Shown: positions 38,981 to 51,168 of the stretch, in pieces
Numbering within the stretch: the stretch's first letter is position 1
Layout of the letters: each line of letters starts with the position of its first letter
DNA from: Camelus dromedarius
Taxonomy: Eukaryota
Direction: 5' to 3'
Length of the DNA stretch: 64,000 nt
Assembly: GCF_036321535.1 (NCBI RefSeq)
Contig: NC_087436.1
Location: 102,674,001-102,738,000 of the forward strand
Program-made: the position numbers and the translations under genes
Notes under the pieces: model-generated
The model's database searches: none
What the model was told of the DNA's origin: nothing
Seen by the model: the letters and a program-made list of their open reading frames with translations, nothing else

Positions 38981-39828
38981 ACCAAATTGCTTTGAAATTT
39001 ACTCCTAATGACTTGCACTGATACATATTTTTCCCCTAGCAGACAATAAGTGTTAAGAGATCAAAGGTTTGTCCACAGTGCTGTATTATCAGAGTGCAGA
39101 AGTGCCTGACCCTGACACGTGTTTTAAAAATATGCTAATAAGATAAATGAATAAGTGAGTTCAATTTTTAAAACTGCCTTAAAAGAATGGGGGAAATTAT
39201 TGCTTCTATACTAATTTAGCAATTAGAATACAGTTGTTTATTACTGAATTACTACAGGCCAGTCCTTGACTTGATTGTTTAATAGAAACCCCACAGGGGT
39301 CTTAGAGGTGGTTAGCACTATAAGCCCCACTTGATACGAGGAACCTGACATTCAAAAAATGAAGCCTAAGCTGTTCAAGATCATTTGCTAAATGCTGGGG
39401 CCAGGATTTGTGTCCAAGTATAACTTACCGACAAAATGTGACTTGTTCTTATTGACAAAGAATATGTTCATTTTTAGATTTCTATAGATTTTTATGCTAT
39501 AAAATATAATAATTTAGCTGGTATTAGAAATTGTCATTTCAAAATATAAAGTCTACAATTTTTTCCGGAGATGAATCTTTCAGTTATATCTCGACACACA
39601 CAGCAAAGAAGACTCAAGATGGCATTAAAGGGACAAGCGACTCCTTAAACTTGAAGGAGTTTCATCGATTTTCATCCTGGCTGAAGGCCATTTTGAAATA
39701 AGTTGGCATGTCGCTCATAAAACATACAACAAAAAAACAACCAACCAATCAGAAGGACAAGTTGAAATTATCCAGCAGTCAGAACTTCTGAGGGAAAATA
39801 CAGCCTGCCATCAAATATTAGGTAGGAA

Positions 39829-39982
39829 GGTGGTAGGGCATAGCTCAGTGGTAGAGCACATGCTTAGCATGCACAAGGTCATGGGTTCAATCCTCAGTAT
39901 CTCCATTAAAAAAAAATTAAAATTAATAAATAAATAAACATAATTACCTCCCCCCAAAAAAGTTTAAAATTTTTTAAAAAAT
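39829..39982 (+). mobile_element. Camelid tRNA-Ala-derived SINE (Vic-1 type, long-tail form)
   Basis: 'agggcatagctcagtggtagagcacatgcttagcatgcacaaggtcatgggttcaatcc' plus tail with 'aaataaacataattacctccccc'; TSD atattaggtaggaa (39815-39828) / atataaggtaggaa (39983-39996). Confidence 0.95.
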
Positions 39983-40494
39983 ATATAAGGTAGGAATGAA
40001 TTATTTTGCGTATGATGAGGAAATAAATCAAATATCTACTTACAGATATAATTGATGTTTATGTATCAAATAGATAAATTTTTCTGATTATTTTCAAGAA
40101 TGTAAATTTAAACCAAAATAAAATATGTGAAATTCTGGAGCTTAATTTATAATAATATGTTTATCAAAAGTTTGTATTTACTTTATCCCAAAGAGAAATG
40201 CTTTGTAGAATGATAAAAAGGAGACAATCACCTTGAAGAGTTAAAAACTGAATGAAAAACAGTCATGGTCAGATATGCCAGCCTAACTGGATTACTGCCT
40301 AATGTACTGACTCAAATCCCTTTATGTGGAACTTTAACAAACATTATTTTTAAAAGAAACTTTAGAAATCATGTAGTAGAAGGGTGTTAAACATTTCTAA
40401 ATCAATTAAAATATGACAAAAAAATAAAAGCAAATATCCTATAGAGTCATAAAGATTTATGAAAAAATAAAAGAAAAATGGTGAGAGCAAAATA

Positions 40495-40600
40495 TGTTCA
40501 TTCAAGGTCTAGAAAGTATTTATGAACTACCATGTGCCAGACAATGTGCTAGGGTAAGACTGACAATTCCTCTCTTTTTAGAGTTTATAATCTAGCCAAG
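40495..40600 (-). mobile_element. L2 3' end
   Basis: 'ttcattcaa...gtatttatgaactaccatgtgccagacaatgtgctagg...gagtttataatctag'. Confidence 0.75.
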
Positions 40601-40705
40601 ATTGTATGATTTTGTCAATGATTCAAGGTAAGGGGGAGAAGTCACAGCACAGTGAGAACTAGTAAGGCAGGTCTAATAGTAGGACACAAAGTTCAGAAAC
40701 TTAGG

Positions 40706-41494
40706 TGCGGGTTCATCACCAGTTGTGGGTTCTGGCTGGCAGAAGTCCCACCGAGTCACAATGAACTACTCGAGACTCTGGAAAAAGTCAAGAGAGCGAG
40801 AGGGAGTTGGGAGCCAACTCCACGAACCTCTCAAATGCTCCCATATTTATTGTGTACAATCAAAGGAGAAATCATTGACAATTGTGTGATGGAATGCAGG
40901 AATTTAGGGAAAGACAGGGTGGGATCGAGACTGTAGAGTCTGGTTCAAGGTCAGAAGACCCTTTATCTTTTGGTAGATCATGTTCGTGTTGGCATCAGCG
41001 AGCCTTACAGCTTATCAGGGCAGAAGTCTGAGAAGCTGCTTAACCTCTTTCTTGGACTCAGGCGGCTGTGCCTGTCTTAGGTTGCTCCCCTCTGGGGGTC
41101 TTACCTATCATTGGCTAACCAGCCTTCTCACCTCTGAGTCTGCAGCTTCTTATAACTTGTTTACCATTCCGGCCCAAGACTCGTTCCTTTGGGGGCCTAC
41201 AGTTTACCTTTAGGGAAGTCATGGGAAGAGGGGAGCAAGATACATTCTTATAGATATGCTAAAGCAGACCACCAGCCCAGCCAGTTCCTTGCTTTGGGGA
41301 TAGAAGACTGTCTAACAGCAGGCACGCCCAGCGTTTATAGCCGAGGGCCTGGGTCCTTAATTTGCAAGGAGCAGAGTGCTATCTAAAACCTCAACTATGC
41401 AAGCAAGGCAGTTACTAAGCACATTTGCTCTTCTTTAAGGAGACAAGCGGCTGGGGTCTGTTACAATTTGTTAAACCAATCATGGGTTCCTACA
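40706..41494 (-). mobile_element. Solo LTR, probably ERV2 (betaretrovirus-like), 789 bp
   Basis: Ends tgcggg...cctaca; 6-bp TSD cttagg (40700-40705) / tttagg (41495-41500); minus-strand AATAAA at 40846-40851; about 15 retained CpGs. Confidence 0.8.
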
Positions 41495-41879
41495 TTTAGG
41501 ATGGAATTTTGGTTATCTTTTATTTATTTGCTTTGTATATTTCTTTATTTTCTGTAGGATTATGTGTACCCATTCAAAGGTATGAGGCAAATTGGGGATA
41601 AAGAAGGGGCTAATTCTTAAGGTGTATACGACTTATGTATACAAACTTTAAATGTCAATAAGCCAACAATTTAACAAAAAGCACTGAAAATATAACACCA
41701 TTCATGAAATCATCACAGTTGATTATGGCAAATCTCTGAGCAGCACAGTTGCAAAAATTATTGTAGGCACAAAACACCCCCAAATCTTATTTGATGTAAA
41801 TATTGATAGAATGCAATTATTTCTATAATTTTCATTTAAAATAAAATGATGACACTAAATTCTAAAAATTAAACTAGTG

Positions 41880-42610
41880 GTATCTAGAAATATGAGGAAT
41901 AAAAGATCCCTCCCTTCACATACTCATATTTCAATTAGAGAACCAAAATTACATAGATTCACAGATTAGATAGATAGATAGATAATAAAGAGATAAAGAC
42001 AAACAAGATATGGTACAATTATGTACACAAGGACTCAGAAAGACGTTTTTAACTGTGCCTGGAGAGGACAGGGAAGACGTCTTAAAGAGTTCCCATCTTT
42101 TTGAATGTCAAAGGAAAGGAAAGTTTTCAGACAAGTGGTACAAGAATGGTGGACTTTCTTGCAGTAGAAACAAGTATTTTAAAATGTGTGCCAAGTTCAG
42201 GGATTATAAATGGGCTCAGAGACGCAAGATCCCCAGAACATATGGGAAACTGATAGTAACTGAAGTTAGAAAATTGGAATTATCAGGTCTTAGCCTTGTT
42301 CTTACATTTAAGGAGTTTGGGTGACTGGAAACACTTGACTGATTGAGACTGGTTTTCAGAAAGATCACTCTAGCACCATTGTGGAGAGTGGCATGCAAAG
42401 GAGAAGAAACTAGAACCAGATAACCCATTAACAAGACTATTACAAATGGTTTGAGAGAAAAATCAGGGAGGCATGAAATAAGGCAGTCAGTGGAGAATAA
42501 GTGAAGCAGATAGATTAACATGATTTTAAGAAGTTGGACATGAAAGTACCTTTTTGTCCAATTAGATATGGGGACTAAATGAAAAGGAAGAATCTACACA
42601 AGTGATTCTA
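41880..42610 (-). mobile_element. L2 fragment (resumes at ~43670-43820 after inserted MLT2 and L1)
   Basis: 'ttttcagaaagatcactctagcaccattgtggagagtgg...aagactattacaaatggtttgag...ccaattagatatgggg'. Confidence 0.75.
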
Positions 42611-42710
42611 AAATCCTCCCCTTCTTCATTAAACACACACATGTTAGCACACACAAATGTTACATATAATTACAGGTATTTTTCTCAGATACCTTGAAAT
42701 TCAAGCTCAG

Positions 42711-43063
42711 AGTATCAATCAGAGTTCAACCAGAGAGGTAAAATCAGTAGGAGTTTATCTCTATCTCTATCATCATCTGTCTATATTTTCTATCCTTGTA
42801 TCTGTGTCTACATCTGTATCTTTGTCTATCTATTGCAAGGAATTAACTTACACAATTCTCTATGGCAGGCTGTCAAGAAGGACTAACTGAAACTCTCAAG
42901 CATGGCTGAAGCTGCAGATTATCTAGGATAATCTCTCTTCCTTGAAGACATCTGATTATTGATTTTAATCACATCTACAAGATATCTTTATAGTAATACT
43001 AGATTAAGGGTGGGTTAGATAACTGGCAACTTAGCCTACTGAAGTTGTCAAAAAGACCATTAC
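42711..43063 (-). mobile_element. MLT2-type (ERVL) solo LTR
   Basis: 'gtatcaatcagagttcaaccagaga...tattgcaaggaatt...ttaatcacatctacaagata...tagcctactgaagttg...accattaca'. Confidence 0.8.
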
Positions 43064-43098
43064 ACTCATATATAGATCTTGCCTTAAAAAAAAAAAAT

Positions 43099-43661
43099 TC
43101 TGTCTGGCTTACTTCACTTAGAATGACATTCTACAGGCTCATCCACGTTGCTGCAAATGGCATTATTTTATTATTTTTTATGGCTGAGTAGTATTCCATT
43201 GTATAAATATACCACAGCTTCTTTATTCAGTCATCTGTCATTCTAAGTGAAGTAAGCCAGAAAGAGAAAGAAAAAATACAAGATCATTTATACATGGAAT
43301 CTAAGAAGAAAAAAAAAGAGAGAGAGACAAACGAACTTATTTACAAAACAGAAACAGACTCACAAAAACGTATCATTACCAGGAGGGTTGGGAGATGGGA
43401 AGGGATAAATTGGGAGTTCAAGATTTGCAGATACTAATATATATAAAGTAGATAAACAACAAGTTTATACTTTATAGCACAGGGAACCATATCCAATTTC
43501 TTGTAACATATGGTGAAGAAGAATATGAGAACAAATATATGTATATTCGTATGTGACTAAAGTATTGTGCTGTACACCAGAAATTGACACATTGTAAACT
43601 AACTGTACTTCGATAAAAATATATATTAAAAAGTTAAAAAATAAAATTAACTTAAAAAAAA
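43099..43661 (+). mobile_element. 5'-inverted L1 (twin-priming product): inverted part ~43099-43240, sense 3'UTR 43236-43661
   Basis: Antisense L1 segment joined to sense L1 3' end with A-rich tail; 43103-43128 is the exact reverse complement of 43236-43261. Confidence 0.92.
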
Positions 43662-43929
43662 CCTCAGCTCTCAAATGATTCCTAGATTTCTTGCTTAGAA
43701 AATTGGGATAATCACTCCATAATTAATCAAAATCGGAGAGAGAAAAAAGAAAATATTAGTAGATTTTGAGGGGAGATAAAGTGGTGTCAGTTGAATTGTT
43801 GATTTTGAAGTTACTATGGGGGGTTTAAAATTAAATATATTTACTATTTTAAATGAATGTAAAAATGCTTTTATGACATACTAATACATGAGAAAGAATT
43901 TAGCATGCTTTCCTTAAAATATTGTTACA

Positions 43930-44105
43930 TGGTAGAGTATAGACGGGTGACAATGGGAAAGTTGGGTGTTAGTACTTGATATTTCACTAAAAAACCAGTG
44001 TTCAGGAAAGATACATAACCTCTCTGGATTTCACCATCTTTATCTGCGAAATAAGGGAGGACAGGCTAGATTGCTATGTCTTCTATTGTAGTACTAGATA
44101 ATGAA
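43930..44105 (+). mobile_element. MIR3-type SINE fragment
   Basis: 'cataacctctctggatttcaccatctttatctgcgaaataagggaggacaggctagat'. Confidence 0.55.
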
Positions 44106-45482
44106 ATTAATGCACTGATTGCATTAAAATCCATCCCAATGTAATGATGATCAAAATAATTATCTTCAGATTCGGACTTTGGTTTGTTTTTAAGCAATTC
44201 TTCATAAATAGCCTACAGTCAGCAGTAGATAAACTATGTATAAAAACATAACAGGGTGGCTATGAGAGAGGGAGAGAGGGATGGGGTTAGAGTGCTTTCT
44301 CTGGTTACATCTAATTATTTGAACAGCTATCTTTTCTTTTTAAATTCTACATTCATTGCACAAAAAGGGCATTTAATAGTCAAAGTTTTGAAGCCATGTG
44401 CTTCCAGGCACTCTCTGTTGATCTCACATACTTCCTTTTTTTTCCAAATTGAATTTAAACCTCAAAAAAAAAAAAAAAAAAAAAAGGAAGAGGAAGATTA
44501 AAGAAAAAAAAAAAAAGATGGGTCTGAGAAGAAAGGGGCGAATGAGAGAACAAGGACAAAGAAAATATGAAGGTGAGGCAAAATCAACGTTAGTTAGTGG
44601 GCTGGTTTTGACATGCAAAAATAAATCACCCTGATAATAAACGATTAAATCTTATTTAAAGCTCCCCTGTGTACAATGTTTTAGACCAATGGATCATTGT
44701 TGGTCTAAATGTATTTTGGGTCTGAGCTGCTGAATTTATACTCTATTCTGCAATCCTACCCCCAAAAAGTTGGTATGGTACAAATTCTGGTTTGTGTTTG
44801 TTCCTGAAATATATTGCTCTTAATTCCATAGGTCCTAAGGATTGATAATTGCCAACTCACCTGTTAAGTTCTTTCCTGGTTAGAAATGTTGTAAGAGGTA
44901 GACAGGACATTTGAAGGAAGAAAGCTAAGGGCTATTACTGAGCAAGTGTATTTTCTTTTTCTCTTTTTCTAAACAGTTTTCACTGTGATTCTTCATCACA
45001 TCCCAGAGATACAGACATTTACAGTGAGATTTAATAAGTAAAAAGAAAGTTCTCATCTTAGGTTAAATAATACAGTTGAGCTAAATACTCTATATTAGGC
45101 TTTGCTCAAAAATGGATAAATTCATTAGATTTAATTATTTTCAAAGTATATATTAATGATGTTTATTGAACTGTTCTTTTCCAAGTGGCCCAAGTCACTC
45201 CCTCCTGTTATGTTTGACAATAACCAAAATGCTTTTAGCAAAAAAAATTTTACATTAACTGATCCTTTACAGATCTCTTGCTTTTCACAGTCAAGTAGTG
45301 ATACACCAAATGGCAGTGAGTTATTAAAAATATATATTTTTTGAATTTTATTAAGATATTTTCTTGTTCATATTTGCTTTTCTTCTAGGCTTATTTTTTC
45401 AGAATTTAAAAATATAGCCTATGAATTGGCAAAATTTTTCCTCTATCAACTTCAGTTTCTTTGTCTAAAAAGGGAATGAAAT

Positions 45483-45874
45483 TTTTGCCAAGTCCAAACT
45501 CTTCTGCTTGCTGCACGACAGGCCAATAAATCGGGAGAGGAGGTGTTGGGTCAAGGAATAGCAGCTTTATTCATAAAGCCAGCAGACCAAAAGGATGGCA
45601 GATTAAGGTCTTGAAGAACCATTCTGCTCTAGTCAGAATACAGGCTCCTTTTATACAAAAAAACAAGGGAGGGGGTGTGGTTGATTGTTGCAATCTTCTT
45701 GCTGCAGGCGTTCTTTGTTCTTGCAGCCTTCCCCGTGGGCCAGGTTATGATGTCCATGTAAACCTCCAACAAAACAAAGGTTACTCTCTACTACAGAAGA
45801 TTAGAATGGCCCAAAATGATGCACATTGTAAAAATAATGTTGATTTCCCTATAGAAACCTGTTTTCATATATCA
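45483..45874 (-). mobile_element. ERV1-class solo LTR (internally shortened)
   Basis: 'gccaagtccaaactc...gcacgacaggccaataaatcg...aaggaatagcagctttattc'; minus-strand AATAAA 45566-45571 and TATAAAA 45649-45655 in LTR order; ends 'tatatca'. Confidence 0.75.
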
Positions 45875-46695
45875 CCACCATTTCTTTAAATCCTGTGGGC
45901 ATTAATTTAAAACCTTTAAAGTAATGAAGCCCCTTGGTTCTCCATCTCCCATCTGCTCTAAGCTGTCAGTCAGAAATTGTAAACAGAATCAGTGATGATA
46001 TTATCAAAGATTTTATTTGCTCCTAGGGACAGATAATTCCTCTGCGATCATCTTTTTGGAGGCTATTCAAAGCTTAAGTGTTTAATCGCATTGGCACCTT
46101 AATCATATATAAGGGATTTTAAGATTTAAGTAACTAAACTTATCATAGAGATGAACTTGAAAGCTGATTCAGTCTCTGAAATATTAAACAGATCACATCT
46201 ACTCATTTTACCACTTTCCATGCTCACACCATAATTAATAATTTTCATATAGTTATTATTTATCTGATTCTTTGTACAAGTAAACCTTTAGTCAAATTAT
46301 AAAAACACAAAACAACATAAACTAGAAAACCTGTCATTTAAAATGATACCAACACAATCACATCAGTACAGGACACAGGTAGCCCCAAAACCACCATAGA
46401 AAGTGATTGAAACACAGGTTAGAAAAGGCAACCTTTACATCAAGGAGCAGAAAGTTGCAGTGGAGACGTGCACATATTGAAAATCTCTCTGCTACCAACA
46501 AGTCAAGATGCCTAAAAATTTTCCCTAAATTTATTCCTTTTATTGGACATTACATCATCCATAGTCCATGAGTACTTGTGTAGACACAAACCAAGAGAAA
46601 TGTCTGCAAATGCAAAACTACTTCTTTTAGAAACTGGATTTCTAAACGGTGGAGTGGGCTGTGCTACTAGGAATGCTTAAAGCTTCTTTTAACCT

Positions 46696-46864
<169 letters not shown>

Positions 46865-48750
46865 ACTGGAGAGCCAATATTTGGGTTAGAGGCCATGTGG
46901 AGTCTATTTGGCTACAGAAGGTAACAATATAATTAGCTACAAATTTCCACATTATAAAATAAAGTGAAATAACTGGCTGATAGATGTCATCATAAGGGGT
47001 GAATCATGCTAGCTGGGTTGGTATTTTGGGGAGGGTGCTGGTGCAGAGGGCAGCATGTCCTCAAATACTTGAATTCCAGAAAATACAAAAATGAAACTGT
47101 GGCATATGAACATTTATTGAGAATATACCTATAAATCTCCTCTTTCTTTTTTTCTTTATCTGTCTACCATCTATCTATCTGTTCTTCATTCTGTCTATCT
47201 CTTATCTATTTAAAAAGAGTTTAGAGGTGATTTTCAAGATTATGCCTGCACTGTGTAACTCTCACGAAGTTACGTCAATATGGATTGGCTGTATTTTTTA
47301 CGTGATCTTTTCAGCCAATGGATACACAAGTATTCAGTGATCACAAGTTCTAAGCCCAGAGACCAGAAGCCTCTGTAAATTCTTTAAGTCAGGGCTTCTC
47401 AGCATTGTTTACATTGTGCCATATATAGAAAATAATAAAATTTACTTGTCACAATGGGGTAGACTGGATTTGGGAACTTTTATTTATAAGAGGCTTGTTG
47501 AAAAGACTCATTTCATTTTCTAAGAAAACAAATCCAGTTTTGAGAAATATAACAATATTTGCTATAAATTTTAAAATAAAATACTCAAAATTTTAATGAG
47601 AAAAAATGTGCTTACATCAGTGAGTATGACTTTTTTTTATCATTGAAGGAGTTATTAAGAATACCTGATTAGGATTTTTAATACTGATATCTTGAAAAAT
47701 TTCACAGACATTGTTAACAACAAAAAAAGGAAAAATCAAACATAGAAAACCAAAAAAATGGATTAAAAAAGCAATTCTAATTTTCAAACAGATCTTTGAA
47801 ATCATTTCAAAGTTTATACTTTTGAATTTTTATTTAAATAATCTAATAATAATTCCTTTGCTTTCATTGACAGATGTAATGCTAAAATTTAGAAGAATTA
47901 GATTAGAAGAATAGATGGAAAACGAATCAGCATTATCAAAGGAATGGTGAAACTCTAAGTCCAGAGGAAGCATTGTTAAGCAGTCACGAGGACTCTGGCT
48001 TGGATGCCCCTAGAGACAAAGAGACAGAAGCATCTAATAAATGTGAATTCAGCCATTCAGGTGGACTGGCTGGAGCTCTGTCTGACTGGTTGGTCTTCAT
48101 GCTGCACAGCATGCCTCTCCAGCACCTGGACCAAGGAACTGTCCAGAAGCTCCACGGGGACCTTGTCCACTGGTGGACAGAGGCACAAAACGAGGCTGGC
48201 TTCTGAAGCAGACAGAGCCCCTACTGGGGAATGCTCAGTGCACCACAGTGGAATCGATGTTGCTCATCATTCTCCCTGCCTGCCTGCTGGGACTGCTGGG
48301 AGTGTCCTCAGACCCCTATCAGCTAGGGCCACACTGAGGAGCACCCAAGGAAGTCAGTCTCTGGGGTTACACTTGTAATCTACTCAGGATAAATTTGAAG
48401 GCAGTTTTTCACAGAAGAGGAAGCCCTGTCTTATCAATAAGCCCCCCTGGGAAAATGTACTCTGGATGAAAATCAACCAGAACATCGTTACCGTAAGTTA
48501 TTATTTTTAAATGCCAGGTGTGAGACATCTCTGAAAGAGCATGCTATCTAGGAGAAAGCGAGTGCAAATTTTTCATTTGGTTGGGGAGCCAGGGAATGTT
48601 CAGTCAAATCCCAGCTGATTTCAGAAACTGTTCAATCAAATATAGATCCTGGAAAAAGGAGGAATTTTTTTTTATAGATTAGCAGCCAGAATTTTGGCAA
48701 TGTGGCTTTTATCAAGTGGTGTTGGGAGGAAAATTTAGGGGGTAAATTCA

Positions 48751-48817
48751 TGTGTAAGAAGGGATGTAGAGAAACAGGTGTGTAAGAAGGGATGTAGAGA
48801 AACAGGTGTGTGAGAAG
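48751..48817. repeat. 28-bp tandem duplication (2 perfect copies plus partial)
   Basis: tgtgtaagaagggatgtagagaaacagg at 48751-48778 and 48779-48806, partial at 48807-48817. Confidence 0.95.
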
Positions 48818-49659
48818 AGTGAGGGTCACAGTGGAAAATTGTCAGTCCTTCCAGGTTTCATACAATTTCACTATAAAGGTCTGAAATCTACGTCCCAAGC
48901 CTTCCCTTTTCTAGCTCCCCTAAATTTGCAATTCCAGGTATCAGTTTTGGTGTACCATAACCTGGCGAAAGGGGAGAAATGAGGAATAAAGCAGGGAGAA
49001 AAACTGAAAGAAAAAAATTGTTTTTGAAAGTAAGGCACACTGTTTTATATTCATTTTATCAATTATTTCTATATAATTTAAAAAAAATGTTCTGTTTAGC
49101 ATTTTATTCTTCCTCCTTCCCAAACATAGCCTAAATGTTATCTAAGAATTGCCGAAATAAAATTTGAATGAAATAGCATTAGTACTAGCAAAAATGATTC
49201 AGGTTTTTGAGTTAGCTAAGTCCAGTTTGAATTCTCTCTCTATCCCTTTTTAAAATTTATTGCTGGGTACATTAAGACTCACGGTTCTCATTTTGAAAAT
49301 TGTGCTTGTGGGCCATCACTCTGTCCTAAAATACACAAGCATGGTGCTATTTCGTAATAGGCATCCCCAAATACAGGTTTCTACTCCTTTTTTCTCTTCC
49401 CCTCTCCTCTAATTCTTTTGCTTGGGTAAAATCTTAACCAGATACAAAGAAAAATACTAATTACAGATAATGCAAAAAAAAAAGTGCAATACACTTGTCT
49501 TCAAAACATACTCATAACTTTACCTTTAAACTCTTCATTTGTCTTATCCTTGAACCTTTTGTAATATTCTGTAGTGGTTTTTTTTTTTATTCTGAATGGG
49601 TAAGATTTAATTTTAATAGAAAAATAAGCTGCTTATAAGAATTATTTGAGAAGAGGGGA

Positions 49660-50025
49660 TCCATTCATCTACTCAACATTTACATATTAATCGTCTAATA
49701 CATTCTAGGCAATGTCTTAGTAGTTAGGATTAATCAGTGAACGTAACCCTGAATTTATGAAGCTTACTTTCTAGAAGGAGAGACAGAACGTAAGCATGTA
49801 AGTGTACAACATAAGCATGTAAGCATATAACAGAATGATATATAGTGATAAGTGGAAGGAAGTGAGTAAGTGCAAACTGCAGAGGGACAGATTTGGAGAG
49901 GCCAGGGACTATTATTTTTAGAGAAAGTAGGTTGGAAAGAGGTCTTTCCATGGTATTTGAGTCTAAACATGATGAAGTAAGGAGTGAAACGAGCAGGTGA
50001 ATTAAAGGCAGATGGGAGGCAACAG
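49660..50025 (-). mobile_element. L2 3' fragment
   Basis: 'cattcatctactcaacatttac...ctaggcaatgtc...atgaagcttactttctagaaggagagacaga...ggtatttgagtctaaacatga'. Confidence 0.75.
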
Positions 50026-50368
50026 TGAATGAAAAACATTTTTTTTTCCTTTACCCATCTAAGATTCCTTGCCTGGGGCCTGTGAATCAAACTGTTAAGA
50101 GAGAGATTAACAAGAGTTTAAAAGAAACCCACAGTGTTAATTACACACCTATGCAAAGAGAAGGGGCTCAAGGCAATGGTTAAATAATTAAGGTTGCATA
50201 TACCATCCTAGGCTAAACAAAGGGGAAGAGGTTGTGGGATTCCGGGAAGGGGAGGCAAGTTATGGGAAGGTGACTAAGACAAATAAGGTGAACAAGAGTT
50301 GTTTAGTAAAGTCTGTTCTGCAGATTTAAGTCAATGCCTTATCATTAATAAGAGTTGCTGAGCTTTCC

Positions 50369-51168
50369 TGATATGTAGCAGGACACTGTGGGGTCCTCCT
50401 TGGTACAAATCTTTCCATGTTTCCCATTTCTTGTAAGTAGGAAATAGGCTTCATTCAGCTTCCTCAACCTTCCCTGAGTTCCAAAGGGCAGATTCAAACA
50501 GTTGCAAATCAGGGAAGGGAGGCAATGCAGAAACAAGAGAGGAACAGTCAAGAAACAATAGTGCAGCCCTGGGGCAGGGTCCTGGTTAGCAAGGCTGTTG
50601 CCTCCAGGATCATACCCCTCCCTCAAATAGAAACAAATTACTCTAAGTCTCAGGAGGCAAAGAGGAGAAATACGAACTGGTTGGGACCTGTAGAGCCAAG
50701 GATTTGACTTCCATTGGACCTTGGGCGTCCTTGTACGGTCACTGTGATGTGCTGGCATGCTAAGCAACATACCCTCCGGCACCTTGACCTTTGATGATTG
50801 CCATGGCAACAACCAGAAAAGCCCACGTGCAAGGATGGAAAAGAAAAATGATTAGCTCCTGCACACCCGGAACAAGGACATGATGGCAGAAGCCTCCCGT
50901 AAAAGTCCAGGTGGCCCAAAGCCACTGCTGGAGCTGTTTCTACTGGGCCATCTTGGCTGACGGCTCCCTGCTCTAGTGCCTTCTCCTCGCTCGAACGCCT
51001 TTCTTTCCTCTTCTGCACTCGAGCACCTTCCTTCCTTTTCCTCTTTTGAGAAATAAAGCAGCTTTCACTTTGTCCCTCTGCCTCAGCTGTAACTTCTTTC
51101 CAGCCATCAGGCAAGAACCCATCTTTTGTGGGATCCCCATTCAAGGGGGAGTCTTCCATCCACTAACA
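50369..51168 (+). mobile_element. ERV1-class solo LTR (800 bp) nested in MER34-like LTR
   Basis: tgatatg...ctaaca; flanks tttcc / tttct; AATAAA at 51052-51057 followed by U5-like 'caagaaccc'. Confidence 0.85.
50797..50810. promoter_or_regulatory. RFX X-box motif in LTR U3
   Basis: attgccatggcaac is 13/14 to the X-box GTTGCCATGGCAAC; E-box cacgtg at 50824-50829; motif match only, function untested. Confidence 0.5.

Noticed and set aside
41540..41585. 22-nt microexon candidate (ctgtag|41558-41579|gtatga)
   Set aside because: Not frame-preserving, no partner exons; such motif pairs arise by chance in T-rich DNA
44256..44634. Lys/Arg-rich ORFs resembling nuclear or ribosomal peptides
   Set aside because: Produced by poly(A) runs at ~44464-44517; no splice or homology support, and no attached retrocopy body or TSD seen
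44680..44709. 10-bp inverted repeat tttagaccaa/ttggtctaaa as a miRNA or MITE
   Set aside because: Stem too short for a pre-miRNA; no TSD or family resemblance
48118..48135. REST/RE1-like ccagcacctggacc
   Set aside because: Half-site spacing is 1 nt rather than 2 and the right half is degenerate
48040..48240. Faint resemblance of stitched frames to class C GPCR TM4-TM5 (…LCLT/WLV…TE.N..GF…Y.GMLS)
   Set aside because: Needs a frameshift and a stop read-through and rests on few residues; not supportable without a profile search
50345..51159. Longest ORFs in the track (155 and 169 aa)
   Set aside because: Lie antisense within a solo LTR; no gag/pol/env motifs
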